Assembly (NCBI GenBank): GCA_001599295.1
Contig: BCGN01000008.1
Location: 1,178,001 to 1,242,000, forward strand
DNA length: 64,000 nt
From: Sporopachydermia quercuum
Taxonomy: Eukaryota
Direction of reading: 5' to 3'
Shown here piece after piece: positions 11,073 to 23,618 of this stretch; positions within the stretch are counted from its first letter, which is position 1, and the number at the start of each line of letters is the position of its first letter. The translations under genes were made by a program, and so were the position numbers. The notes under the pieces are model-generated. The model had not been told where the DNA came from and ran no database searches. It saw only the letters and a program-made list of their open reading frames with translations.

Positions 11073-14000
11073 TTAATTCATCGCCGAGTCACCTTCAGAA
11101 TCCTTATCCTCTTTGCTTACTATTTTCTTACTTCTACTTTTCCGGAATTCTTCGATTCTTAACTTCAACTCATTATTAGGAATCACATCTTCTAATTTCA
11201 ATGGCATTCTATTGAAAGGATCTGTTGGCGTGCTGAGTAAATGAGTTTTGATAGTACTCAAGTCAATATCCACTTTTGACCCCGGAAGTGTCACCGGGTT
11301 CTCCATTACAGTAAACATCAATGGATCTAGGAATTCATCGGGGATCTCACCTAAATCTTCTTCTTGTTGCGCTGATTCAATTAGCACTTGATTTACTTCT
11401 TCAGCAAATGCCAATAACTTATTACAAAACGCTGGAGTAGCGAGATTATGTTTAGTGAGGATATCACGAGCACGAAGAAATAATGAGACATCAAAGGATC
11501 TTTCATCATGAGAAGTAGCCTCAACAAACTCGGGAAATCTACTGAGATTAAAATAAATATCAAGCAAGCTTTTCAACAAAATTCTTGGTTGAAATCCGAA
11601 CTTTTCTGGCTCTTTTACTTTCAGCTCCCTGCACTTTGGTCCTACCAGAATAGCAAGATTATAATCAAGCATAGCGGCTAAACGATCAGAGATTTCGGGA
11701 ATAATAAATGCTTTGGGCACTGAAGCCGTAAAAAGGCCTAATAATTGTATAGTCTTATTGCCAAGTTGAATTAATGATTTAGCATGGTTCCCAGTTGAAG
11801 CTAATCTAGATTCTAAGTCCTGTGGCTCGTTCTCTCCGTTTTCTCCATCATTTCCGTTATTCACAGAGTTTCCAGTATTATTATTGGCATTATTACCAGA
11901 ATTTCCAGTATCTTGCCCAGCATCTCCTCCGGTATTACTATTATTTCCTAATGAAAGATTACCATGATTGTTAGGATCCTCCAGCTGTAGTTGAATATTG
12001 TGGATTTCTGCCAATTTTGTGAGGGCTTCATCAAGCAAGTAAGTCGTATCGTTCAACGCTAACGCAACAAATCTTACAAAGAAATTAATATCACCTTTCC
12101 ATTCTTGTTCCAACCGTTTCCTATATGTAGGATTTTTCCATACTTTGATCATGATTTCTGAAATATAGTATCTGATATTGAACTTTTCAAAGAACTGGTT
12201 ATTTCCTCCGGTAAATTCGGCATCAATATAGAAAGACATTAAAGCTCTGAATAGATGGTGTAGCGCCAGTTCGTTAGTATCAAATAAATTCATCATGAAC
12301 CCTGGAGTACCTCTTTGAGTGTCAATTGTCCCATAGAACAACATTTGAACCAATTCCGACTTAAGATAAGGATTCTTCATTATATTTCTTGTTCGGAGAA
12401 TCGTCACAGCAAATTCAAGTAAGTAATTCAGCTTGGGATTGCCTGTTACACCTGTAACCAAAGGACTCAGAGGATATTTGGAAATGTACAAGCAATACGA
12501 GCTGATGATCTCAACAAAATATTCAGGTAAATAGCAAAACATGAACTCATTTGGCGATTCATCATTTAAAGGAAGCTTCAGTTTCTTACTAGGGTATTCG
12601 TGATTAGGATCAATGGCTCTAGTTAAGAAAACACACATTCCAACCACGTAATCGAAAAAGTCATTCTGGATTGACTCAGCGACAAAGAACAGTCGAATCA
12701 CATGCATCAATGATTTCAATTCTGTCAACCGTGTTTCATACCGAGGAACCAAAGTAGAGTAAAGATTCCTTATAGTTGGCATCCTGTTAAATTGCATTGG
12801 GTCATTTTGAGCAGCCTTCAGTTGATCAATCTGTCTTTCCAAGCTCTTGATTTCATTTTTCAATCTATCATCACGTTGTATTAAGGACCCTAATCCATAT
12901 TGGTGGTATGCTGCTGTCAGATAGAATACATGAGAGATGAAATTAGGGGAAATCTTCTCAACTGATTCGGTATCGTTATAATAGTTATCAGAGGCTTCTT
13001 GATCAACAGCTAGTTTAGTCTCTTCCTTAATGTCAATTAACTTCACTCTTCGGAAATAATCCAAGTCAATCTTATCAATTTTGGAATATGTAGGATCAAG
13101 AAAAGGTTGTGATAATCTGGTAAGAATGTATGTAATATTTACCATAAGTCCATCCGAAGAAACCTGTTTATAATCAACTTGCAAAGACCTTCTTTTATGG
13201 TTAGCATTGATAATTTTTGCGAAATATGATAATAAATCGTACCTGCATTTTTCTGATGCCCTCACTATTCTGTTCGACATATAGAAGAGGTCGTTTAAAA
13301 CAACAGAATATTCAACCTGAACCGATTCAATAATTGGTTTCAGTTGCATTGGATTCGAACCAGATGAGATGGCAGTACTGAAATGATAAGCCGCAACTTT
13401 TTCATCGAAAGGTGATAATCCCAAAATTAAGCCAAGAAGACAGGACTTTTCCAGTTGCACTACTGCAGCAGATGAATCTGAAACATTTGACACAGGATAA
13501 AATCCAGGAATAGTACATAACACTTCAATTACTTGTTTCGAAGAGAATAAAGATAAGACAAATGCTAGTAGCTGATTATAGTTTTTGGACATATCTAAAG
13601 ATTGGAATCTTGATAATAACACTTGAACAATTGGTTGTAATAAATCAACAAGCTGCCCATCTTCTAAAGTTGTGTCTATGATAGTAGAGAAAAACTCTGA
13701 ATCGGTGGAAGTATTACGAAGCAATTGATCAATCATTGGCTTGATAGATAAGATATTGAACATTTCTGGTGCAGTAAATAACAGAACGCCATATCTTGCT
13801 AAGACCTTTGTTAAATGGTTGAGAAAGTTTGTTTTATCTTGAGCTAAAGGATCATTTGCTGAGATAAATCTTCTGGATTGGCGTGTCCTAGTGTATGCGT
13901 TTACTAAATAGATGAAATGTGTTTCTGAGTCTTTGAATGGAATTTCTGTTAATCGTTCCATGAGAATATCATCAACATCATCTTCAGTTAATTGGGGAAT

Positions 14001-14665
14001 ACGTTTTGCAAGGGACGTACTATCATTATTAACCAGTTTGGTTTCATTGGCAGTATCACTGCCTTCTGTTGTGATATCGTTATCAGCCTTCTCTTGAGCC
14101 ATATCTAGCTCTTCATTATCGACAAAAGCAGAAATCTTTTCCTTAGACAGTTCAGGTAAAAGAACCAAATCAAAATTCTTGTTTTCAGGAGAAATACTAA
14201 TTCTCAAATTAGACTCTATTTGATTGTTGATCCAAGTTTCTATAGTAATTGGTGCAACTGTTGGAGTTGGAGTTGGAGTATCAGTTTTATCTAACGTACT
14301 ATTATCAACATCTTCCATAGCTGCATCAGCTTCTGATTTCATTGGAGTTTTATCCTTTTTAACGTCAGAATCCTCATTCATGTTTTTGTTTTCAACGGAG
14401 GCTTCATTGCTTGTAGTAGGAGCCTTTTCATTTGTCGTGGAATCATTCTTTACATCAGTCTTTGGCTGGGGTTGAAACCTGGCCAAAGCAGCTAACCGTT
14501 TTCTTCTGATCTATGAAATGTTAGTACCAACACAAGTAGGGTAGAAAATGAATATGTTATTTCAAAAGTTATTATGAGAAGCAATTGCGCTTCGACGGTG
14601 GCTGCTATTAATCGATCAATATATCATTTAATCAAACTCTCACATACTTCGTCTTGATCCATCAT
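11073..14665 (-). CDS. UFD2: U-box ubiquitin chain elongation factor E4, 2 exons
   Basis: Exon1 14665-14648 (MMDQDE), intron 14647-14511 (GTATGT...TACTAAC...TAG), exon2 14510-11073 starting IRRKRLAAL. Ufd2 core plus C-terminal U-box (IPDEFLDPLM...TDPFNR). Confidence 0.95.
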
Positions 14666-16084
14666 TGGGGGCAACTCTGATGGAAGGAGGCACAACTATG
14701 AGTAGAACGGGATCTACAAACCTGAGTGTTCCAAACAATCTTCAATTGTTAAACAAATATGTTATTCAATAGATCTAGAGAAATACAAGCAAATCTTACA
14801 GGGGATTCGGTGATAGATTCGACAATCTAATTGTAGGTATTGTAGTAGACTGTTACTAGGCCGTTGCGGATGGAATGTTGAGGGCGGTTGAGGAGATAGA
14901 AGGTAATAGTGATTATGTGAACAATGAGATTCTCAATGATTATGTGATTAACAATTAATAGGGAATGAAACGGAAAGGGCGAGGAAGATATGAACATAAG
15001 TGCTTTGAATGACCAAAAATTGAATAAGTTTTGAGAAATACGCTCATTAAAGTAATAATCATCCAGTAGGTTATAAAATAGTGAAATCAATTTTGTTGGT
15101 TTTATTAGTATCACTGATGCCTCCTTGCTGATTGTTCTGAAGGTACTTGTGAGAAAGGGAAGAAGAAAAATGTCACGTGTGTTGTGTTGGTTACTCATTT
15201 TTCACTTCATATGAAAGATGAAAACGAGAGATTAATTGATCAATAGATATCAGACGTATCAATCTCCGGCATGAAAATAAAAATTTATGAAACTAGGTAG
15301 AACAATTCATTTAAATAACGAATAATTCAAAATTTATTAAAGATTTAAATCAAGCTACTTTAAGCTCCGTCAAAATATTTTTTTTTTTCACTTCTTGAGA
15401 CAGTACGTCAATCATATCATCTTTTTCAATATCTACTAGAATGATCTACTATGCCTGTTAGTGCCTCTTCAGAATCAAATACAGCGAATATTCCTTCCTA
15501 TAGTTAATTTTTACTTTCTAAACTTTTAATTATCTTTTATTAAAATAAAGGATTATAAAAGACTATTTATTTTTATACTTGTATCTACTATAATACTCTT
15601 CGCTCTCATATTGATCATAATATCTCATCTTAAATAATCTCATAGTCTTCTAATCATATCACGTAACACCCCCGAACCCCGAACTTAGCATTCCACCCAC
15701 CCGTAATGTTGTCTCGTCCCATTTCCCACATACCAGCTGTTCAGTCACCTCTCGAGCCAGATCATTTAATCTGCGTTTAATTGGCAACCTTCCTGATACT
15801 GTTTCTTCCCCAAGCTTACCCCAAGAACTCAAAGTAATGAGATAGCTCTGACTATTTACCTTTAGCATCATGTCAGTCAACTGTTATCTGAACTGTTCAA
15901 TTGTTGATGGGTACTAGAGAAACACAAACACGCAATTGAAAATTTATTTTATGTTGTAAATTTTCATTGTTTAAAATTCGTTTTACTTAGTGTTTGTGGA
16001 AATTTGGAAAGCTCGTACTGAAATATCCTTCCTTAGATCGGGTTTCAAACGCAGAACAACAATTACTCGGCCATTTTTGCCAAT

Positions 16085-17314
16085 ATGACAGAACCATCCG
16101 AGCAATCGGAACAGCAGACCCTGGAAAATATCCCGAATGGGGAGAAATCTGGTTTTGAGAAACCTGGTTCTTGTGTAATGCCAGTTAATACTGATCCCGA
16201 ATCTTCCGAGATATCAGACAGCATCCACTCTAACATGTCTTCTCCACCAACACCACCACTAGAACCGGAGCGGGAACAAAAGCAAAAAGCAGATGCAGAG
16301 CCAAAACGTGTCTCATCTTTGATCCCCGAGAGTTTAGAAAAAGCTCTTCTGAATCCGCGTGATCGCAGCTTTATTCTTAATTTGGAGAAAGAGATCATAC
16401 TCTTCTTCAAATCTACTTCGAAGTCACATGATCTGCCACCAATGAAAAATGCTTACTACAGACTCTTGGCCCATCAAGCAGCAGACTATTACCGACTTGG
16501 CCATACTGTTAATGTTCATGAATCAACAATCACTGTTTTCAAAGCTGCTCCAAAACAGAATGGCAATGTGCATCCAAAATCTCCTGTTTACGAGCCAATT
16601 CCTCAATTGTATGCCAAACCATGCGATCCGCTTGATTTCAGGATCCAAAGACTGTACAAAGTGGTACCCAAAGACGATTTCAATCCAAATCCATATCCAA
16701 TAAACCCTCAAGTCGTATATTTGTTTCCTCCCCCAGCTTCTCTGACAGCCTATCCAGGTGCTGGAACAACAGGTGTACCTACTACTGTTGGTTTGCCAGA
16801 TATAACGGGAGCTGATTTAGAGTTGAAACGAGCTCAGAAACAAGCAGCATATAATGAAGCTCGTGAACGTATATTTAAAGATTCTCCGTCAGAAGAAATT
16901 GGTATCGAGAATGCGGAATTAGATTCTCCAGGTTCTGAAATACCCGAAATATCTTCGGTCTCATATGACGCATCATTTGATCGAAACACTGGTCAGTACT
17001 TAAATCCTGCAGGATATTACCCAGTCAATTTGAACTTTGTCCCATATTCTTCGGATTATGTCCCATTTTATGCGTACGCAGCACCAGGCACCAATGCTGG
17101 TGGTGCAACGGGTATCAATTATGGAGGTTACAATAACTATAGCTATGCACCGCAATACTTTCCGCGGCCGTTCGCTCACACCAGTGGTTCCCGGAGGTAT
17201 AAGAAACACAATGGAAACTATCAATCGAATAACCGGAAACATTCGGATGACAGAAGCCAGCATAATCATTCCGAGGAAAGGAATAAACCAGAATTGAACA
17301 AACCTTTGAACTGA
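16085..17314 (+). CDS. RBS1: R3H and SUZ domain RNA-binding protein (Rbs1-like)
   Basis: LLNPRDRSFILNLEKEI...NAYYRLLAHQAADYYRLGH (R3H) and KQAAYNEARERIF (SUZ), followed by a Y/N/G-rich tail. Confidence 0.8.
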   Translation: MTEPSEQSEQQTLENIPNGEKSGFEKPGSCVMPVNTDPESSEISDSIHSNMSSPPTPPLEPEREQKQKADAEPKRVSSLIPESLEKALLNPRDRSFILNLEKEIILFFKSTSKSHDLPPMKNAYYRLLAHQAADYYRLGHTVNVHESTITVFKAAPKQNGNVHPKSPVYEPIPQLYAKPCDPLDFRIQRLYKVVPKDDFNPNPYPINPQVVYLFPPPASLTAYPGAGTTGVPTTVGLPDITGADLELKRAQKQAAYNEARERIFKDSPSEEIGIENAELDSPGSEIPEISSVSYDASFDRNTGQYLNPAGYYPVNLNFVPYSSDYVPFYAYAAPGTNAGGATGINYGGYNNYSYAPQYFPRPFAHTSGSRRYKKHNGNYQSNNRKHSDDRSQHNHSEERNKPELNKPLN

Positions 17315-19412
17315 GTTTGTTCTTGAAGCATTTCGCATATAATAAAACCTAATGATAAGTAAAGCAATGACGACATGGTAAATAGAGATAATAATGATGG
17401 GTTCTGTATACGTGTATATTCAATATATATGTGCGCATATGAAAGACAATGACAATGATGGTATTGGTGATGCTATTGCTACTATGATAGTATTATGTAG
17501 GTCTGAACCTAGGTTTGTAGCATGATGCAAGCAAAATGGACTGATGTGTNTTCGTACTTTGGATTTAGAGACAATGACAAATATTAGTAAACTTACAATA
17601 AAAGAAGTAAATAGGTTTTGATTCTTGATTTAAAAGTATTGTGGAAGTGGAAAATACTTAAATCAAATTCGATTAATCAACTGTATGGAATTTATTTCAC
17701 CTTTAAATTCTCTATTGCTCTTATTCTTTTTTCCAATCTGTATAATCATTGGTATCCCTTTTCACATTCTTCTGGTGTATTTGGTGTTATGCTGATTCTT
17801 TTTTTTCATCACCCCATATGATCTAATCGTTTTTGTTTGGGAAGTCCTTTCATAACACTCCAGATTCGACTGATAAAACCGTGAAAATGACCCTTTAGTT
17901 CTATTGTAGTCCTTTTGATGCAATCGTTAACTGCAAGCTGAGCAAAAGTTTTATTATCTTTGGCAGTGTCCAAACAGCTTTGGAGAACAAATAGACTCAT
18001 TTCCTACTATATTCCTATATTCTTACTGTTATAGGAGATCTATCTTCAAGAAGGTGCTACATATACCTAAAGTAAGTGCAAACTAATACGGTCAAATTCA
18101 TTAATGGAAAGCCTAAAAAATTTGTCTCTAGGTAAATATATCTCAAAGAGTCAATTAATTTACAAGATATATCAGTTTTAGAAACTGGAAGCAAGTAGCT
18201 TTTGAAAGCATCTCATCCTGACGGATTGAGAAGAGCGATATGATTCCAACGCTTCCCATTATATCCATTCAACATTTTTCCTTCCTATGAAGAGCAGTAA
18301 CACTATATCAAAAGCCTCTTTAACATACAAGGATAATAACAATGAAAAAGTCCTACTCTCCTCCTATTCTCCAATACCTATAACCTCACTATTGCTATTA
18401 TTGATTATTCCACCTACAAATTATTTACGATCGTTGTTTTATTATCTTATCAGTTTGTGATTCTTTTCTTGATGGAACAGGGCCCTGTTTTGAGACTGAA
18501 TATTTTGAAGTGTTTGTTTTGTTGGCAGCGTAATTTGTAGAACATAATATATTGCATTATGATAGAAATGAATAAATAATTAGTCAAACTTGTCTAAAAT
18601 TGGTTGAATGGAAATTGTGCTTGGTGAGAACAAAAAATAATATGTTGAGATGACGAAGGAAGGAATAAGTAGTAGTAGACAGAGAAGTTCAAGATTAACT
18701 AATTAGAATGGAACATCCCGACAAGAGTTATGGATATGTAATGGTATTTTTGAGATGCTCGTGGCTAGTCAATTAGAGACATCTAGTATTGTTCAATTCC
18801 GCGAACAAATTTATTGCTAGGTTGGCTGTCACTAAAGCAAAATTGTGTTATTATTCCGCTTATTTATCTTTAATGGTACGAATTATCATTCATAATGATT
18901 TAAATAATGAATTGCTTTGAATTCACAACGAATTCTTGGTCCTTCACCTTTTGTTCATCTTCGTNGAAATGATGTTCGAAAATAGTCTTTTTTAATTTTC
19001 CTCCTCTGATCCATCTAATTCCGAGCAATACTAATAATAATTACTCAAATGTAAAATGATACTGTTCGAACCGATGCTATCAGTTTGGTGGCCTCCATTG
19101 TTTCGATTTCGAATCAAACCTGTCTTCTCGTGGATTATTCTCATCATATTATCCCTAATTATTTCCTGAATCTTACAATCAAGTACCAACCCTTAATTCT
19201 TATCATTACTTTTTTATTAGTATATTATCTATCACCGATCCAGTATTAAAACAAAATAAATTAACAAAAAAATATATCTATCTATCTCTTCGACTCACGA
19301 AAGGAGTTCTTCCATCATTCATCATTATATTACATTAAACATCATCAGTCTTCATTATTCATCAACTAATCACCAATTCAAGCACGAAGCCGAACATAAT
19401 CACTCACGGTTT

Positions 19413-19456
<44 letters not shown>
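19413..19456. repeat. (CAAG)11 microsatellite
   Basis: Perfect tetranucleotide run. Confidence 0.95.
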
Positions 19457-19749
19457 TGTCATTGAAATCTAGTGCTATTCTGTGATCCCCATCACTTCTT
19501 TATATCCATTGTTCTCTTCAATCTGCCTTTTCACAGTTGAAACCGTTCGTTTATATTCTCACTGGGTAAAACTCCTTTACAGCATTTACAGCCACGACAC
19601 GTCCATACTCTAAGCTGAAACCCCCTACTGAGAACATACTATTCACCATTTCAGCAGCAGGAATAATACAATCTTCTCTTCAACATCCATTTGATCATTC
19701 ATATCTCAAAACACATAGCCACCACATGTTCTCATTGTATTTATCAAAT

Positions 19750-20862
19750 TTACTCATGAGAAGATAAAAACAATTCATACTTATCTTTCAAAGACTCCAA
19801 ATGAGCATAAGAAGGATTTGTTGAATTGAACTGATCATCAGTCACTAAATCTGTTGATGATCCGTTAAACTCTCTAATGTTATCGACATAATTATAATCC
19901 TCGAACGATGCAAAATAATCAACAATTCCCAATGGGGATTTTGTCTGTTGCACGGTTTCCTGCGAATGTGAATGGCTATGTGGTTGCAAATGAGGCGAGT
20001 CAGATGAATCACGTGGAGTGTGAGTCTGACCAAGCGATTCTGGTGAATAATACCCAGTTGATGATAATGCTTGAATACCTTTGCTGTTCATGTTTATGTT
20101 ATGAGATTCAGTAATATTATTGTTACTGCTATTGCTTATTCCCATAGCTAGGTTAGGCAGACAAACAGCAGAAGGATTAGCGGAACTTCCGATAGGACTT
20201 GCTAGGGGTAAATCAGTTCTTGAAAATGAAGGGTGTAGAAACAAATCAAACATATCTTCTTGGGAGAATTTGGTATCGAAGAACACCGATGAAGGTGAAA
20301 AGAAAGCAGTAGAACTGTTCTCCTCAGTACACGTTGATGTGTTCAATGAAGTTGAGGAATTGCTTCCAGATAGAAAAGCTTCTGATAAACCCAAATCATT
20401 GGGAATTGGTAGTGACATATTGATGTTGACTGATCTCAATAAAGGAGACGATGTTATAGAAGAAGCAGCAGACGTTGCCGTTGAGACTGAAGCAGATGTA
20501 GGAGCCGATGAGTTAACTGAGGATGGAACTGAAGATGGCACAGAAATCTGTCCATTCAAAGCAACTGGTCGAAACCTTTCTCCTGATAATGAGATTTCTC
20601 CAAAATCATTTAATTTCTCCTTTTCTTTTTCCATCATTTCTAACTGTTTGAGCGTCTTCTTTCTTCTAACAACTTTCTTAGGATAAGCGGCACTTGCTCG
20701 ACCTCTTTTCTTTTGTTCTCGGAAATATTCGCAACTAATATTCAAATCTTGACAATGTTTACATGGTGTTTTACCATCACATTTTGTTCTTTTCTTATTA
20801 CACTGATCGCAAGCTCTCCCTACACGGGTTACTTTCTTTGGTTTAGGCATTGGCGCCGTCAT
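19750..20862 (-). CDS. Zn(II)2Cys6 transcription factor with XlnR/Xyr1/AraR-like DNA-binding domain, short (370 aa)
   Basis: [45 protein letters not shown]; the remainder is Ser-rich low complexity. Confidence 0.88.
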   Translation of the reverse strand: MTAPMPKPKKVTRVGRACDQCNKKRTKCDGKTPCKHCQDLNISCEYFREQKKRGRASAAYPKKVVRRKKTLKQLEMMEKEKEKLNDFGEISLSGERFRPVALNGQISVPSSVPSSVNSSAPTSASVSTATSAASSITSSPLLRSVNINMSLPIPNDLGLSEAFLSGSNSSTSLNTSTCTEENSSTAFFSPSSVFFDTKFSQEDMFDLFLHPSFSRTDLPLASPIGSSANPSAVCLPNLAMGISNSSNNNITESHNINMNSKGIQALSSTGYYSPESLGQTHTPRDSSDSPHLQPHSHSHSQETVQQTKSPLGIVDYFASFEDYNYVDNIREFNGSSTDLVTDDQFNSTNPSYAHLESLKDKYELFLSSHE

Positions 20863-21850
20863 TTTGGTTCAAGTTCTTTCTATTGTCGATTTTTGTCACA
20901 ACTGAACTTATATTATTAGCAATAGTTGCTGCTAGATATTATCGTTGCCAATATCAATATCAATTCGATTATTGATTGAAATACCATATAATCTTTCCTT
21001 TAATGCACATAAATGTTATCAATGTAACTGTTCTTCTATTGCCAATTTACTACACTAATCCTTTAGTACCTGTTCCCCTTGGCACTATCAATCAGTACTC
21101 TAATATTAAACACATACACCATGCAGATGTGATTAGTGTCTATCATTAAATCCGATCTCTGCTTTAACAGACACCAGAAAAACAGAAGAAAACAGAATCA
21201 ATTCACTTGTATATCTATTCTGATCACCACAAATAAATCAATCAATCACGAAACTCACTTGTAGCTTCAGCAGCACTGCCAAAATTATTCCATCAAAGGC
21301 TGCAACTTGCAAAATGGTACACTTGTTTTTTATTTTATTTCAGGGGATGAATGTGAATTTGTTTGTTGGACATGCGAGAAAACAATGCAACAGGAGAAAT
21401 TTTTATGCGGCTGAAGTTTATTATTGTACACAAGACTAGCCACAACCAGAAAGAAACTTCGTAGGCTCCACGCCACAAATATACTCCACGGTAGGCCCTG
21501 TAATTAGACGACAGGTGTAGTCTACGTTCGTGTCCTGGTGCTAGCCTAGTAACCAAAAGAGCGGGGGATATGTGAGATGCAGGAATATGAGTAGAAAGCA
21601 GTAAAAACAGAAGAATGAAAATAGTATTGTAGATGATCTAATGGCAAGTGAAGTTTATTGGGAGAACCAAACTATTTATATCAGAGAGGGGAAGAGAAAG
21701 TAGATGAATAGGTGAAAATTGTTGTGTCAAGTACATGTGAAGAAGTTTCGTAAATACTGAAAAAGGCAATTATCTTCTTTAGATGAAAGAGGGCGGAATA
21801 AGGTTTGAGTGTACTGCTTGCTGTATGTCAGTAGTGTTATCCCGACATGA

Positions 21851-21886
21851 TGCATTGAAGTGCATTGAAGTGCATTGAAGTGCATT
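21851..21886. repeat. Tandem repeat (TGCATTGAAG) x3.6
   Basis: Directly visible 10 bp unit. Confidence 0.9.
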
Positions 21887-23618
21887 TTGGATGGATGATT
21901 TCAGGAATGGAGAAGATATATGAACTATGACGAAACTGTAATCATTGTTCGAAAATAGTGGTGATGGTCTATTGAGGCAATTATTACTAGTACCAAACCC
22001 AAACTAAAGACTGCCTAGAAGAAAGGAGGGAATGAATTAGCGAGTATGCGCAGTAGATGATAGTTGAATCAAGTTAGCCTTATCAAACAATCAAAGACTT
22101 TGATTATAACACACGGACCGATGAATATAATATAGAGCCTCACTTTTATCATGCACTGAATTGCGGGATTGGANGGAAGGAATTTATCTCTACCGCAACC
22201 GAGAAGATATCATGTATTTTGTTTTTCTCTCCTCATACGAGTTCATCTAGCATGTGAAAGACAATATGATTTGATATGCTGATAATTGCTATCCACTATT
22301 CTTTTTCAGGAATGAAACCAACCCATTCACAATCACCGAATCACTTCTTACTTTCCTAGCCAACAATCCGAGATCCGACAGGGCTATTCAATTCTCACCT
22401 TCGCTAAACAGTATAATCACATCAAGAATACATGTCTAGTGACTCATCTCATAACAGAGTCGATGTAGAAATGTTACATCCCAGGAGTCTGAAAATGATC
22501 GTAATTAGTCTGAATAGGCTCTCGGATGGAACATTTATCAATAAATAATCAACTACATAAGACCATACATGTTACTATCAATAACATTTTGAACCATAAG
22601 AAAGAATCAAATACCATTGTCCTTTCATTGCTTACAACGCACAAGGGCATTCTACTGATTTGCAAAACATAGTATTGAAGTACTACATTCAAGGACATTC
22701 TGCACAATTAAGTAATTGAACATACTGAAAAGAACACCCTTTTTGAATAAGGCTAAAGCTAAATTTGACATAAAAGAAAAGTTCATAAGCAAAACACTTC
22801 TTCTTTTGGATATAACAAATATTACAACCAAAAAAAGGCCCTTTATTATCATCCAACATACATGTCACTTTTGAATGATCTATCAAATGTATTAAAAATT
22901 TAAAATATTGTCAAGTTAAATAACATTATTTTTCATGTTTTCTTTCTTTTCTGAATGATAACATCAAAGCAGTAGGGCATTTCCTTCCACTCCGGTCAGA
23001 CTATTCCCGAGCTTAATCAAAACCTTAATTATCATCAGATTCGGTATAAACCTTATGTGTAATACGGAGAATCTCTGTTAAACAGAAGTTCATTTCGCTC
23101 TTTGGCAAGAGGGGAAAGCAGTTAGCACCTTAATAGAACATTACCTCAAGAGGAAATTAGAGCGGGGGTATCGATTTGTAAAATAACGCAGCTTCCCCCT
23201 CAGTTACCTGATTTGGTAATCCATACCACTATCCACACATTCTTATTTAGTCAAGTGTGGCTGTTATATAAAAAAANTTCGTGGCTCAGAGACTTGGTCT
23301 ATTTCCTCTCACTCACTACATCTCTGTATTAGGAAACTACGGGTATTACCTTTCATACAAACAGATGATCAAACCAAATCATTTATATAAAAGTTTTGCA
23401 TTTCATTAAATCATCTATCTTTTATTGTTATTGTCCGTGCTATTGTTATTATTATTACTATTACTCCTTCTTTTCCTTCTCAATAATCGTTTGTATACAT
23501 GCAATGATATTTTCATTCAAAACCCACCTAAACCATTTTCCGTTTTCTACTACGAAATTCCTTCTTTTTATCATGTCCTTTTTCATTACTGTTGTTTGTA
23601 TAACGCATATTTCATGCA

